From positions 29,293,329 through 29,357,328 of the forward strand of contig NC_068984.1 in NCBI RefSeq assembly GCF_001194135.2: DNA of 64,000 nucleotides, in the 5' to 3' direction. The notes under the pieces were generated by a model. The model ran no database searches. It was not told the origin of the DNA and saw nothing but the letters and a program-made list of their open reading frames with translations. Made by a program: the position numbers and the translations under genes. Below, one piece after another: positions 36,969 through 50,350 of the stretch. The stretch's first letter is position 1. Each line of letters begins with the position of its first letter. This DNA is from Octopus bimaculoides. Taxonomy: Eukaryota.

Positions 36969-38740
36969 TAGTTTTATTTTTATAACGTGCTTTCACTTCA
37001 CTACCGAGCGCAGCTCTGTGCGCCTTGGGTATGTGCTGTGGTTTGCTGTGGTGCTCTTATGTTTACTGATTATTATTATTATTATTATTATCATTATTAT
37101 TATTATTATTATTATTATGAATATTTTGTAAATAATGTAAGTATTAGTCAAGTACTAAGGTTGTTGTGATCGACCATACTCATCCACCGAAATATTTGGC
37201 CTTGTGCCTAATTTGGAAATCATTATTATTATTTATCCCGTTCGCCTACAAAAATGTGTTTAATGCCAAGTAAATTGCAATATCGACATCATCGTCATCA
37301 TTATCAGCTGTAGCAATAGGAGAAATATTTGCAGTAGCTGTCGCAGTAGATATAACAGCAACGGTGGTAACAGATTGCAAAAACATATGAATGTAGTCAG
37401 CCAAAAATTTGACAGAAATTTTCTCATTGGCAGTGGGCCATATTTCGGTCGATTGGCTATCACGTCAGATAATTGCAGTCTTAAACAAAAACAAATCTGT
37501 TTAAGAGACCAATTCTACAAAATGATGATCTCTTAGTGAAACTATATACTCTACAGACGATACAAAGAACTAATTTGACCCACTTCCAACCTAATAAATA
37601 TATAAAGAGTGAATAGAACAAGTGAATAAATAAATAAATAAAAATGAAATCAATCAACCCTGCAGACATTTGTTGGTGAAACCTTCTGCTCATGAAAACT
37701 TTTTCTAATTTATTTATTGATGATACAGTTTCGATAAATAAGATTTCCTTTTTCTAGGCATAAATACAGCCTTTGTTGAAGAAGTATATGGTCAATTGAA
37801 TTTATTCCGATATTTACTGGTACATAGGTCTTCAAGGATACATATTTGATCAATTCCAGATAAATAATTGCCGTAGTGAAATTTCGTCATAAAACAGAGA
37901 CCATAATTAAAGTTTGCAAGGTATTTCGTCCGGCGCTCTACTGCTTAAGTCAAACTGCCGTCCTTTCTTTGATAAACATGACTGCTGCAATTGTTCAGAA
38001 TTATTTTTATTATGATGATTCTATACAAGGTTAATTTTTGCTAAGGAATGGTTGTATTTAATTGAATCTACGCCATATGATGATGTAATAAACCTAATAA
38101 ACTAAACTAAAGCAGATATAAAAAAAAATAAAATTATATTGCAATTCGAGGAAGCTAGTGATGGCCTACGGTGGCAAAGCAGTTAATAATTTTCTTTAAA
38201 AAAATGTATATCTTAGAAGAGAAACAGAGGCGCCCATGATCGAGACAGGCAAAGCAAGACAGAAATCATGTGTAATGGGTTACCTTCATACCAGACATCT
38301 GGTTCGAATGCTTCCAACAGAGTGATCCTTGTAAAAGGTAGCCAAATAAAAGTGTTGTTGTCAAAGAGGCTGACGGATCAAGTTCGCTGCTCAAATTATA
38401 TATACCAAAATTCATGCACGGTGAAATGCGGGTAGCGTTCGTTGGATTCTGATAGCACTACTTTCTTCTCTGAATCACTTTCATAAATTAAATTACTCTC
38501 GGATTTAAACTCAAAACGGGGAGAAAATAAATTCATGCACGTTATTTAATTTGGTGCTTTCCTGGTTTCACTATTTTAATGTCTTTTAATGGTAATTTTT
38601 AAAAATTAGATGAGGGACAACATTTGCTGGGAATATTGCTGATCGAATCTACCCCAGTATATTTACAGTTGCTTATTTCATAGATTCTAATGTTATGAAA
38701 GACGAAAGTATTTCGGCAGGATTTGATCTAAATAATTAAT

Positions 38741-38816
38741 GAGCATCTCACTGTTATAGAGCATCTCACTGTTATAGAGCATCTCACTTAGAGTATCTAA
38801 GTGAGATGTTCTATAA
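38741..38816. repeat. 18-bp tandem triplication ending in a 21-bp-stem hairpin
   Basis: (GAGCATCTCACTGTTATA)x2 + GAGCATCTCACT; TTATAGAGCATCTCACTTAGA-GTA-TCTAAGTGAGATGTTCTATAA. Confidence 0.9.
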
Positions 38817-39899
38817 TACGTGTGAATTGCTTACCTAATTTATTTTATAACAATAATCTAACTCTATGAAAAGAGTAGTACTATCGATAAGATGTGATGA
38901 GCTTTCGCTATCGTTTGAAGTATAAAGATCAAAGAAATAAAATAAAAACATGAGCAAAGACAAAAACGAAAATAAACCAGTTTAGTTATACTACTACCGT
39001 CTTCAAGAAAAGCAGTATTGTTGCAGTGATACATTCCTTCAACTATATAAATATGAGGCATTGAACGTTTCTAAATTAAATATAATAAAACAGGGTCGTC
39101 GAAGATAGAGAACGTTGCCAATTCTGCGATAAGGTTTTAATTTCTAGTTAAAGCTATTTCATTCGCGTAAGTTACTAATGTTCTCTGAAAAGATTTAAAT
39201 GAGACATTCTGTTCTCCATAGAAATAAGAGGTCCCATGCTTTAATCAGAAGAAATAGATAATTATAATTGATAATTATAATTGAAGATTACGACGTTTAG
39301 CCAGTCATAAAACGTCGAGTTTGATGATATATGAGAAAGACGTCTTCAGTCTGTTCATAATTATATGCGCTATTAGCGACAGTACGAATTAAACTGCAAG
39401 CAAGCAATTTCCGTGATCTTGTTTCACTTTCCAAATATAGTTATTTTTCCTTCCTTTACATAGATAATGTTCCGAGGAATAGACAATTGTAAGAAGAATA
39501 GCAACAGCGAGCGTTTCGACCAGCCAACGAAACACTGTACCAGGAACACAGATCTCCCTCTGACCCTAGGAAGGAGTCTGTGTATGGTCACTCGAGTTGT
39601 CAGAAATAGCGCCCCAAAATCCCTCCATTAACACAGAAGACTATTTTGAATAATGCAGTTTTTTGACATAACCATGTAAAAAAGAAAGCAAAAAGAAAAA
39701 GGGAGGTAATTATCATTCGAACGCCTTTGATTAAAGGACTGTTCGAACAGGCCCGATCTAGAATTCAAAAGCAATAAATTTTCCACACACACATATATAT
39801 AAATATAAAGCGCGCCTGTTGTGTGCAGTTGTATGCGTACACTGCACATATGGCAGTGTATACTTAGCACGGCATATATAAGCACATATAGACGGATTG

Positions 39900-41280
39900 C
39901 GTTGTCAACTATTAGAGACTGCTATACATTTCTGTTCATCTTTAACTGACCTCCATTCCGGACATCAGGTACTTTTTCGTCGTAATTCTATCCACTCTTC
40001 ACTGTCCGTATACAATTCTTAAACACTTCGTATCGATTTAAATTCACTGCAATTTTCTACTGTTTCCTTTATCCTCTTCTTTCCTCTCTATTTCAGTGTG
40101 AGTCTACGTTATTGTAAATTTCTGTATGTGTGCGCGTGCGATTATTGTGTATACTTTCCCCACCCTTTGTTATTCTTTCTTAATTATCACTCATTTTATT
40201 TGGCCTGTCCTTCGTCACAGTAACCTTGATACGTTACCAACTTTCGCCCTACATTGATTCCCTCTCTTTTTCATTACGACATTACAGTTCACTACTCACA
40301 CCACTTATCATTGTTTTTTTTCGCTCCGTATCAACACATCGCCGTTTTTGTTAACATTTGTATGTGTTCATATGTTATTTGTTGGTGTGGTGTAGTCATT
40401 GTGTGCAATGTTTGTGTGTTGATGTATATAGTTCATTTAGTTCACTAATTCTTTGTTATTTATGTCTATGACGGTCTAATTTATGTCTCTTTGGATTGTT
40501 CTTCTTGTTTGGGGTATAGCTTGAGCAGTATTTGCAGTGTTGGCGTTTTCTCTGATGATGCTAATGGTGTTGGAGTTGGTGTTGGTTTGTACCCGCTTCA
40601 AGTCTTTGTGAGGACAGATTTAAAAAAAAAATTCGTCTTCTTTCTCTCTCATCTTACGGAAAAAATTTTGCATTTTTAGTCTGTGTCGTCTTCATTGTAA
40701 GACTTATCTAAATGATCTTAGCGGAGAGGGGTATATTTTGCGGTGCCATGTTGGGTTGGGAGATTCTGTTATTGATATTAGTAATGTTGTTACTGTTGTT
40801 ATTGGGGTCATGTGGGTTCAGTTACTGATTTGCTTGCTGTTTCTGCTCCTATTATTACTAATGAGGCTGCTTTCACGGCCACTGCTGCTTATTTTCCTGT
40901 TGTACCTGTTGCTGTTCTTGTTTCTCATGTGGCATTAGCAGTAATGTGAGCCTTCTCTCATTTGCTATCTGCCAATGGGCAGAAACCACTTAGATTGTTT
41001 ATCGCGCCATTAATTTGATATCGTCGCCTCCTTCTCTGTACCGTCACTATCCAACTGGTACAATTTGGCCATTCGATTAGGTCGAGGATAACTTCGAACT
41101 TCTCTGGATTCAATCGGAATGAAAACCGCTTGCCTATATCTAACCGTTTTTGTTGATGCATCTGATGGACTTCCGAGACTTCTTCATCTTCATCATCTGA
41201 CAAGGCAACCAAAACCAGCTACCAAGATAAATTTCTGGTGGTTTGTTCACAACCTTCACTATCACAACTCGTTTAGCCAT
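39900..41280 (-). pseudogene. Possible LINE ORF1 (gag-like) relic with eroded zinc knuckle
   Basis: FSFRLNPEKFEVILDLIEWPNCTSWIVTVQRRRRRYQINGAINNLSGFCP resembles VTV.GR+P.C..CG...HL...CP, followed by Thr/Ala/Gln-rich low complexity. Many stops. Confidence 0.35.
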
Positions 41281-42599
41281 ATGTCACGGGATGATGTACT
41301 CCTTAATTTTAATTTTAATTCAAACCCAAATCTGATGTCATTTGTAGCACATTGTTTGTTTCGCGTGTAGTATGATTTTTGTTTCCCTAAAGGCTCCAGA
41401 TACCTTTTCGCCTGTTCTTGGTTGGTCTTTCAACCCATCGACTCTCGACACCTATGCAGTGGAAAGTCACCGTGAATCGATTAGTTTAGTCGATAACGTT
41501 ACTAGGTACCGCTAGATTTACTTTCTTTTTGCTCCAGTAGAGTATCGATTTTCCTTCAATTATTTCTCTCTGCAGCATAAGTCTTTCTGTGACTCGAGCT
41601 GTTTCAGCAAAATACATTGTCGGTTTAACTATCTGTTTATACGTTTTGTTGCCTGCGGTGTTGCTACTGTTACAGCTTTCGGTGGTGATGGATTTTTCGG
41701 CTGCCGTAGAAATGACAGTTGCGGTCGTGTTCGTAGTAGTTAATCACGCTGATTTCGAGTGTGGTTGAAGTGTGTTGCTGTGATGGAAGAGGTGCGTAGT
41801 AGCGGTAGTACAAATAGAGTTCGTATGGCTGATGCACTTTGCTTCGATTGACCAGTTTCTTAGGATCCTTGAATTCTCAATTCTGGATGTTACTGTATTT
41901 ACGTGTTTACTGGTGAACAAACGCATATATATATATATANNNNNNNNNNNNNNNNNNNNNNNNNNNNNNNNNNNNNNNNNNNNNNNNNNNNNNNNNNNNN
42001 NNNNNNNNNNNNNNNNNNNNNNNNNNNNNNNNNNNNNNNNNNNNNNNNNNNNNNNNNNNNNNNNNNNNNNNNNNNNNNNNNNNNNNNNNNNNNNNNNNNN
42101 NNNNNNNNNNNNNNNNNNNNNNNNNNNNNNNNNNNNNNNNNNNNNNNNNNNNNNNNNNNNNNNNNNNNNNNNNNNNNNNNNNNNNNNNNNNNNNNNNNNN
42201 NNNNNNNNNNNNNNNNNNNNNNNNNNNNNNNNNNNNNNNNNNNNNNNNNNNNNNNNNNNNNNNNNNNNNNNNNNNNNNNNNNNNNNNNNNNNNNNNNNNN
42301 NNNNNNNNNNNNNNNNNNNNNNNNNNNNNNNNNNNNNNNNNNNNNNNNNNNNNNNNNNNNNNNNNNNNNNNNNNNNNNNNNNNNNNNNNNNNNNNNNNNN
42401 NNNNNNNNNNNNNNNNNNNNNNNNNNNNNNNNNNNNNNNNNATATACATATATATATATATTAAGCTATCCGCAAGCAAACTAGTAGATACTGGAATATA
42501 TTTATCGCAGGTTTATTGCTTTACGTACATCAGGGCTTAAGTCGCTAGTTATTTCTGTTTGCATAATTCAGATTCGTTTAACGCTCACTGCTAACATTT

Positions 42600-43700
42600 T
42601 TTCCTTCTCCAACCGGAAGTCCCTTTCGCTGCTGACCAACTTCCTAGCAAGCCCACACCGAAGTTCCTGTCTACAGTTCGAGAATGTCGGAGTGGTGAGA
42701 CGGGCGAAGATTCGAGAATTCGTTCTTGGTCTGCGAGACGGTTGCTATGCGGAGGGCGGATGTTGCAAAAGACACGGAAGCGTATGTGTTGCTGTCAAGG
42801 AGTCGTCTACCTCGCAAATCAACCAGTAACAAGTGTTTTCGAAGAAAGTCTGCACTGATTATGGGCGGATGGACATTAGCTATGGTGAATACCCATGTGT
42901 ATTTTTGTAAGCCGATGTTGAGAGAAAGGGTGCGACGACCGTATGCCTCGATTGTAGAACCGTTGGCAGCTGTTAAAGGTTGGCTTTGCTTTCCGTGACG
43001 GAGATCCCTTGCCGACGCCAGGATCATGCTCACTTCTGCTCCTGTGTCGATTAGGAACCTGCATCCGGAACTCCTATCAAGGACATACAGGAGCATTTGA
43101 CAGTTCAATGGCGGCCGGCGTTGGAGTTTTCCTGGCTTATTGGTGAAGAGGTCCCAAAGCTACATGGTTGTTTGAACTTTGTAGCCTTTTCTCCGAACTT
43201 TGCGTGGTAGAAGCACAGGTCATCTTGCTTAAATCTATCCTGTCTCGGGGTCGACCCTATGGCGTTGACCATAACCCCGCTGGATAAAAAATATCAGCTG
43301 CCTTCGCTAATTGCCGCAGGTCCTCTATTTCAGTTTGAGTTATGAGGGCTTGGTCCTGGGGTGGAATATTTCGCTAAGCAAAAAGGAAGGTGACTCATCG
43401 GAGTGGGGGGACTAATGCCAACATTTATCCATCAGTTAAGAAGGCTTAGAATCGCTTAATTCCTCCTCTGGTATTTTGGCCGCCGATTCTCGTTCACTGC
43501 ATCGGAATGTATCCACTAGCTTATTTTCCAATATAGCGTATTTGTGTGTTGGTAGGGGCTGGGTTAAAATGTCCAGCACTCTCGTTGCTGTATCTTCATC
43601 TAGTGCCGCTACAACGTACGAGTATTTCGTTTGGTCGGCCGTTATGTTGTTTATATTGAATTAGGACCCCGTTTGGCTTAATGGTAGGACACTTAGACTG
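42600..43700 (-). pseudogene. Ty3/Gypsy gag-protease relic
   Basis: Gag: FNINNITADQTKYSYVVAALDEDTATRVLDIL..SDSKPS*LMDKMLAL and LCFYHAKFGEKA; protease RFLIDTGAEVSMI..LTAANGSTI..IISADFLRKH. Confidence 0.88.
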
Positions 43701-44045
43701 TATCTGAAGAGTACAGCTTTGACTCCCATATTCGCCTGTTGGTAACATTTTCCCGTCATATGAGGATAAATACCCATTCTTTCTCTGCTGTTCTTACAGT
43801 TTTACTGCTTTCGAAATTTACTTTCTTGTTTGTGATATATATATATATATATATACAAATAAAAGGGTAAAGGATTATCAATTTATTAATTTATTAATAA
43901 ATTAACAATTAATAATTTTTACCAAGCCCTTCGGTATGTAAACACCATTATCGGTGAAGAACTTATTTAAAAGTTCTTATACATTTATAAACATAATTAA
44001 GGGATCAGCAACAGTTGCTTCACCACATACCGAAGTTCAGAAATA

Positions 44046-44090
44046 GCAGCTAAAGTGCAGAAACTGTTGGAGTTTCTGCACTTTAGCTGC
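44046..44090. repeat. Perfect 20-bp-stem hairpin abutting a gap
   Basis: GCAGCTAAAGTGCAGAAACT-GTTGG-AGTTTCTGCACTTTAGCTGC. Confidence 0.9.
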
Positions 44091-44276
44091 NNNNNNNNNN
44101 NNNNNNNNNNNNNNNNNNNNNNNNNNNNNNNNNNNNNNNNNNNNNNNNNNNNNNNNNNNNNNNNNNNNNNNNNNNNNNNNNNNNNNNNNNNNNNNNNNNN
44201 NNNNNNNNNNNNNNNNNNNNNNNNNNNNNNNNNNNNNNNNNNNNNNNNNNNNNNNNNNNNNNNNNNNNNNNNNNNN

Positions 44277-44314
<38 letters not shown>

Positions 44315-44340
44315 TAGTAACAGAAGCAGTAATGACACTA

Positions 44341-44528
44341 AAAAGTAATCTTTATGCCCAACTTAACGTGAATGTTTTGGTAGAACACCGAATACTGCGT
44401 TATTTACCTAAAGAGAACCTTTTATGTGAACTCGTGGTGCATCTGAGAGATTCTCTCTTGGCAAATAACGCAGTATTCGATGTTCTAACTAAACATCTGC
44501 GTTAAGTCGGGTATAAAATATTGCTTTT
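44341..44528. repeat. Foldback/MITE-like element, arms about 80 bp
   Basis: AAAAGTAATCTTTATGCCCAACTTAACG..GAATACTGCGTTATTT pairs with AAATAACGCAGTATTCG..CGTTAAGTCGGGTATAAAATATTGCTTTT; inserted next to (TA)n. Confidence 0.85.
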
Positions 44529-44566
44529 GATACACACACACACACACACACACATATATAAAGAAA

Positions 44567-44599
<33 letters not shown>

Positions 44600-47500
44600 C
44601 TGTGTGTGTGTGCGCACAAAGAAAAAGAGAACGAAAGAAAAAGTCACATACACGCGTACGATAAATGAACCATAGACTTTGTAGTGCAGAAGATTCTTAT
44701 CTTTGACTAGCTTTCATCTTTACATATATTCCACCAGGCAAGTAAGCAATGGAAACAAACGATGTTAGCCCAAGCCATCTATATGAAGCTAAAGACGGAA
44801 TAGTTCTGGAAGAAAGGCTGTACTATTTTTCTTTCTTTCTATAATCTCTACAGTGAAGTAACGAGATGTCGTAACGCTTGTTTTGTAAGAGTTATGTAGT
44901 TTGTTGGATGTCTCGAAGATCGATTGAATGAATTAATGTTACCGCCGTCATCGATAAAATTTATTCTTGAAGTCTTAAGAAAACGATACCATATAACGTA
45001 AAAGAAGTGATACTGTTCTCTTTGTTTTCTTTTACTGTAACCGTTTCAATTGAACAAAATCATTGGCTCAAATTTCCGAAGGAAACTTTTGTAAATAGAG
45101 AGCAAACTTTCAAATTAAAACAATTATAAGAATGAATTCCAATAAAGAATGCAAATTTAGTTATAGTGGTTATAAGTACAAGTAACAGCTTGACCAATAT
45201 ATAAACCATGTACTATAGTTTGATCGCTGACAATAATTGATTCATTACAACATTATACATTGTTTTGTGTAAAATAAATCATACAGTTGATTGTTTCCCT
45301 CTTTTCACACCTCTTTCTTCTTTGTCTTCGTACATCTTATTGTTCTGTTGATGACAAACTTTCTTTCTCCCTCTCCCTCTGTCATCGTGTGTGTGTGTGT
45401 ATGTCTTTGTCTGTCTGTCTCTCCCTCCTTCAATCTTTTATACTCTTCCAATGAATGGACGTCTCGTAGATAATACAGGAAATTAATTGTCTCGAAAGTT
45501 TAAACTTTGACATTCATAACTGCCCTAAGGTAATGCTGATGATAGCAGCAGCAGCAGCAGCAACAGTACTAGTAGCAGGAACAGGAACAGTAATAGTATG
45601 AGAAGCAGTAGTTGTAGTAGTAATAAGGGTAATAATAACTATAAAAAATAAAAGGATAATAATAGTCATGATATAATTGAGGTCACTCTAAAAGACGAAA
45701 GTAAACATTCCAGCCGCAATTTAAAAATCCTCCAACAACACTCTTACATAGATAAACAATTAGGATATATATCTATCTATATATTCATATATGCGGTATA
45801 CGCAATTGAGGCAGTATTCAATTATAATAGCCATTTATATATCATAATGGGATATACATCGTGAACAGGCCAGTTACTGTGGTATTTATCCTGAGATAAC
45901 ACTTGTTATGCATGTACTGTATTAAAAACATAATAAATATCCGAAACGAAAAGTCCTCGTCGTAGCAAGTGAGAACATCTGAAGCATTTCTTTTTTTTTT
46001 CTTTTTACTTTATAACTTTTTCAATGACGTGTATTCGCAGACAGCGACAGGCCTGGATTAGAATTCGTATGGGAAGAATTCGTATAGGGATAAAAACATT
46101 TACTAGTTTTGCAAATAGACCATCGACTGAAATATAATCCGCTGTACGCGACTGAGATAGTATTAGATTCAAGTAGTCATCTATGTTTCATACGTCACGT
46201 ATGGAAGGCACAAATTGACAGAAATGCATCTGGCGTTTTCGTTGGCTGTTACTGGCGACAACTGCGCCTCCCTCAGTTTTACATCACTTTGGTACCTTAA
46301 ATGTGTGATTTTGTGTATTAACTGTCGGTTTGGCCTCAAAAGACGGCTAATTATCCCTTTCTGCATCTTCCTTATTTTTCTGCAGTGAGGCATCATTGTT
46401 GTTTTGAGGAGCCATTCACTCCTCACTTGTTATAGCTGTATTTTGTCGATGTTATCTATTTTTGTAATTTTTTCTCATTTTACATTGCCTCCAAAATAGT
46501 TTGGGAACTTTCCTCTGCAGCCATTATCCCTTCCTCGTTACAGAACTATGGAGGCGGGCAGGGTACTACTAGTTGCTCCAGTTAAGCGATGAGTTTGTCA
46601 ACTTGTTTCTAGTACTGAGCATGAGGCATCTCCTCTGCTATTTCTGGGGCTCTGACTAATGGCACTCTAGAATCTGGTGTTTACAAATCGTGTTACTGTC
46701 ACAATAACGAGATTTTTCAGGTGTTCTGGGCTAAATATTGTGAAGTAGTTTTTACTACATCTGTACCATTAGCTTCATAGCTTGTCTTCGCGTCCTCAAC
46801 TGAATACACCTGTAGAATGAATTCCTGTTATTCTAGAGTCATTCAGTTTGTAAATGCCTTTTGAACCCCGACTGTATATCGTCACTTATTAGCTCTGCTT
46901 TAACCACCCCTTCTTAATGAATACAGAAGTGACCACCAACAATAGATCTACGTTGTTTCCAATGTTTCTTATCATCAACCTACTTTTCTGCCCCTTCTGC
47001 TGGCTTTCAGGTGTATAGACCAAGGGATATCTAACAATTTCTGCTTTAGGTGAATTTAAGTTTTTGCTGTCTTCGTTCTTCAAAGCGCAGTATAAACGCT
47101 TCCTTAATTTTCCCCCTTCTGATTGACAGGATTTCTTCCGAAATTTAATGTGATGTTTGATTTAGTTGACGCTTTGACGATATTTCATTACTGTCACCAT
47201 CCTTTTTAACCGATATGTTTTTTTTTAATTCTCTAGGATAAGATACTGCATTAAAGATGCATTGTCTGATTTAACAAAATTCTCACATCTTCCTTTTCTG
47301 GAAACTGTTAAATATAACAATATATATTTGTGTCACAATGGAGGTAATGTTAGCTTTATCACAATTACTATATGAACTCATTAAAATGTTTGCCTCTGAG
47401 TTTGTGTCGTGCTGTTTGTCTGTGTTGATGTTCATGTGGTACATTTGTTCCTATGTTCCCCCTCTTTTCCCTGTCTTCAGAATTACTTGTTAGACTGTTC

Positions 47501-47908
47501 GATATATCTTTTTCTTTTCTAATTGTTTATTGAAGTGTTCATTGTTTTTTTTTCTTTGTGTTTATTCTGTGGTGTAATTTGTTTTTGTTTTTCTTTGGTC
47601 ATGTTTGCTGTTGCAATATTTTGTTCTGTATCAGTAGGTATATTTCTTAGACATTTATAACAATGAAATATGGTCAGAAAGAGTAAGAAAAGAAAATAAA
47701 GTCTGCAATATCTTTAGTCAAACTACTGGTAGGGGGCAGGTGTTGACTGTTCTCAGGTAACTGAAATGAATGCTTTCTAAAGAAATTATTATTTAGTAAT
47801 GCTTCAATATAAAGTCGTGTCGCAGAACCCTACCTTCAACAAACACACATGTTTACTCTGCGCAAGTCACTACCACTGCTGCTACAACTACTACTACTAC
47901 TACTACTA

Positions 47909-47962
<54 letters not shown>

Positions 47963-48038
47963 ATAGTAATAATAATGACAATGATAAACGTTTCTACTAT
48001 AGGCACAAGGCCTAGATAATAATAAAAGTAATAACAAG

Positions 48039-48073
<35 letters not shown>

Positions 48074-48120
48074 GACTACTACTACTACTACTACTAATAA
48101 TAATAATAATAATAATAATA

Positions 48121-48470
48121 ATTACCATGTACAACGAGAATCAATAAGACATCAATAAGAAAAATATGCAGCATAATACTCCCTATGCCACATAGGCAAC
48201 AAGAAGAGAGATTGTGCAGAACACTTTAATCATTGCAAAACTATGTTGGAAAATAGATGAAATGCTAATAGCCTATATCTTGAGAAATGTAAAGACTTAT
48301 AGAATTGGAAATCTCTCACCTGCTTATGAAATACATATAAAAATCTGGCATGAATACTTTCTCGCAGGATAAATGTGCACATAGAAGTGACTAATATATC
48401 GCAAGATAGATTATTATCAACGAAGATTTTGGGGTGTCAGTTATGACTCAATGTACCGACTCCTAATCAA
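48121..48470 (+). pseudogene. Possible old RLE-LINE C-terminal relic after a (TAA)n array
   Basis: Weak resemblance (..HRQQEE.IVQ.., ..DEMLIAYIL..) to the post-RT zinc-knuckle region, and the same TAA-array context as the clear copies nearby. Confidence 0.25.
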
Positions 48471-49794
48471 GAAACACATAACAGAATAAAATAATAGAAA
48501 AAGAAAATATTGGTAATGGCGTGAATTCACTTGTAAAATAATCTTTTTATGGTGTTTTGTGTTAATGAGTAATGAAGATGCATGTCATATAGTTAGTGTA
48601 TTGTGCTCACGATTATTAGTTTGTGGGTTCGATTCTTTAGCAAGTTATATCCTTGAAAGCTAGGCATTTTATTTCATGCTGTTCCAGTCTATGCAACTGA
48701 AAATGAGTACCAGTCAAGTGCTGGGGATGCCCTCTATACCTCCTCTTATCAAATCTTTAATGTTCTGTTGGGTCAAGGGAGAAGAGAAAGACTCGCAAAC
48801 ACTGAAGTGGTTAAAACAATTAGCGAAACCATGCTACCAAGTCATACTCGCTTGCGAGTGACGGACATATTATGTTAGCATTTCTGGATTCTAACAGAAG
48901 TCATAACAAAGGAAACATATTACGTGTGTTAGTCAAAACATCTACTCAGAAAATAGCGGATCACCGAGCGAACCGTTAAGTGATTAATCGACCTGCTTAA
49001 AACAGCAGCCAAAAATTCCATTCCCTCATATCACATACTACGATCTCCATAAAAAAACAACGTCGCATTAGGTGATGTAGTCGTAGCTACCCTGTGAAAA
49101 GAATAGACGGTCGACTGCAAGTGTTATGCATTTGATTATAACACTGATCATTTGATTATCTCGCTGATCTGGGCGGGCTGGCGAATACAAACAACAGCAA
49201 TTATAAATACACATGATATAATGTTAAATAGAGTTTAGACAATTAAAGAGTCTGAAATAAAAATTAGGTCAATAAACGTTTTAGAATGAGTCAAGATACA
49301 CAACTCGTAAAGAACACTATAATAATTAAAACATAAAAGTGAAAACAAAAATATAAAACAAACGAAAAACATTTTTATTAGTATACCGTGCGTGTGCCCG
49401 CACATTGTTTTATGTATTAATGTATTAATCGAACTAAATATAAGTAATAGTTTTAAAGTTGTAAATTGGAAAATGATCAAATTCATAAGATTAAATAGGA
49501 GATAAACAAAATTAATGACAACATATAGAATATAAAAGTCGAAAATAAGACATTGACGGGCTATATATATCACAGACATAAGATTGAAGAGGTGTGGTAA
49601 AGGGACGAAAAATGTGATTAAACCCCTTCTGTGGGCGTACAAAAATAGCTGTTTTTAAGGTGAGGCTGTTGGAGTGTTATTGTTCTTGTCAGTACAAAAC
49701 ATAAAATCTGCTATTAAGTTTAATGGTAAGCATCAATAGTCATACAAAATTAATGAGAAATATGTAATAAACTTTTATAATAATAATAATAATG

Positions 49795-49846
<52 letters not shown>

Positions 49847-49886
49847 TAATAATAATAATAATAATGATAATAATAATAATAATAAT

Positions 49887-50006
49887 TTCGGGCAGCGAAA
49901 GCCCGAAATTGGCATAACGAAAATGCAATAAGCACCATGACAATGTGGCAAGAATAATCCATTGGGAACTCTGTGGAAATCACGGCCTATAAAGAGCAAA
50001 AACGTG
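49887..50006 (+). pseudogene. R4/Dong-like LINE internal fragment between two (TAA)n arrays
   Basis: SGSESPKLA*RKCNKHHDNVARIIHWELCGNHGL*RAKT matches the R4/Dong ..KLAQKEYK.RHD.VA..VHW.LC motif. Confidence 0.75.
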
Positions 50007-50018
50007 ATAATAATAATA

Positions 50019-50200
50019 ATCCTTTCTACTATAGGCACAAGGGCCTGGATTTTGTGGGGAGGGGTCAGTCAATCACATCGATCCCGAAAGAATGAAAGAC
50101 AAAGTCTACCTCGGCGGAATTTGAACTCAGAACGTACTGGCAGGCGAAATACCGCTAAGCATTTTGCCCAGTGTGCTAATGATTCTGTTAGCTCGCTGCC

Positions 50201-50202
<2 letters not shown>
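50019..50202 (-). mobile_element. SINE family C (short)
   Basis: CCTTTCTACTATAGGCACAAGG..CTCGGCGGAATTTGAACTCAGAACG..GCTCGCTGCCTT. Confidence 0.85.
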
Positions 50203-50276
<74 letters not shown>

Positions 50277-50350
50277 TGATAATGATAATAATAAAAATAA
50301 TAATAATAATAATAGTAATAATAATAATAATGATAATAATAATAATAATT

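Noticed and set aside
46180-47230. Possible second LINE ORF1 relic
   Set aside because: Only compositional resemblance; no motif I can name with confidence.
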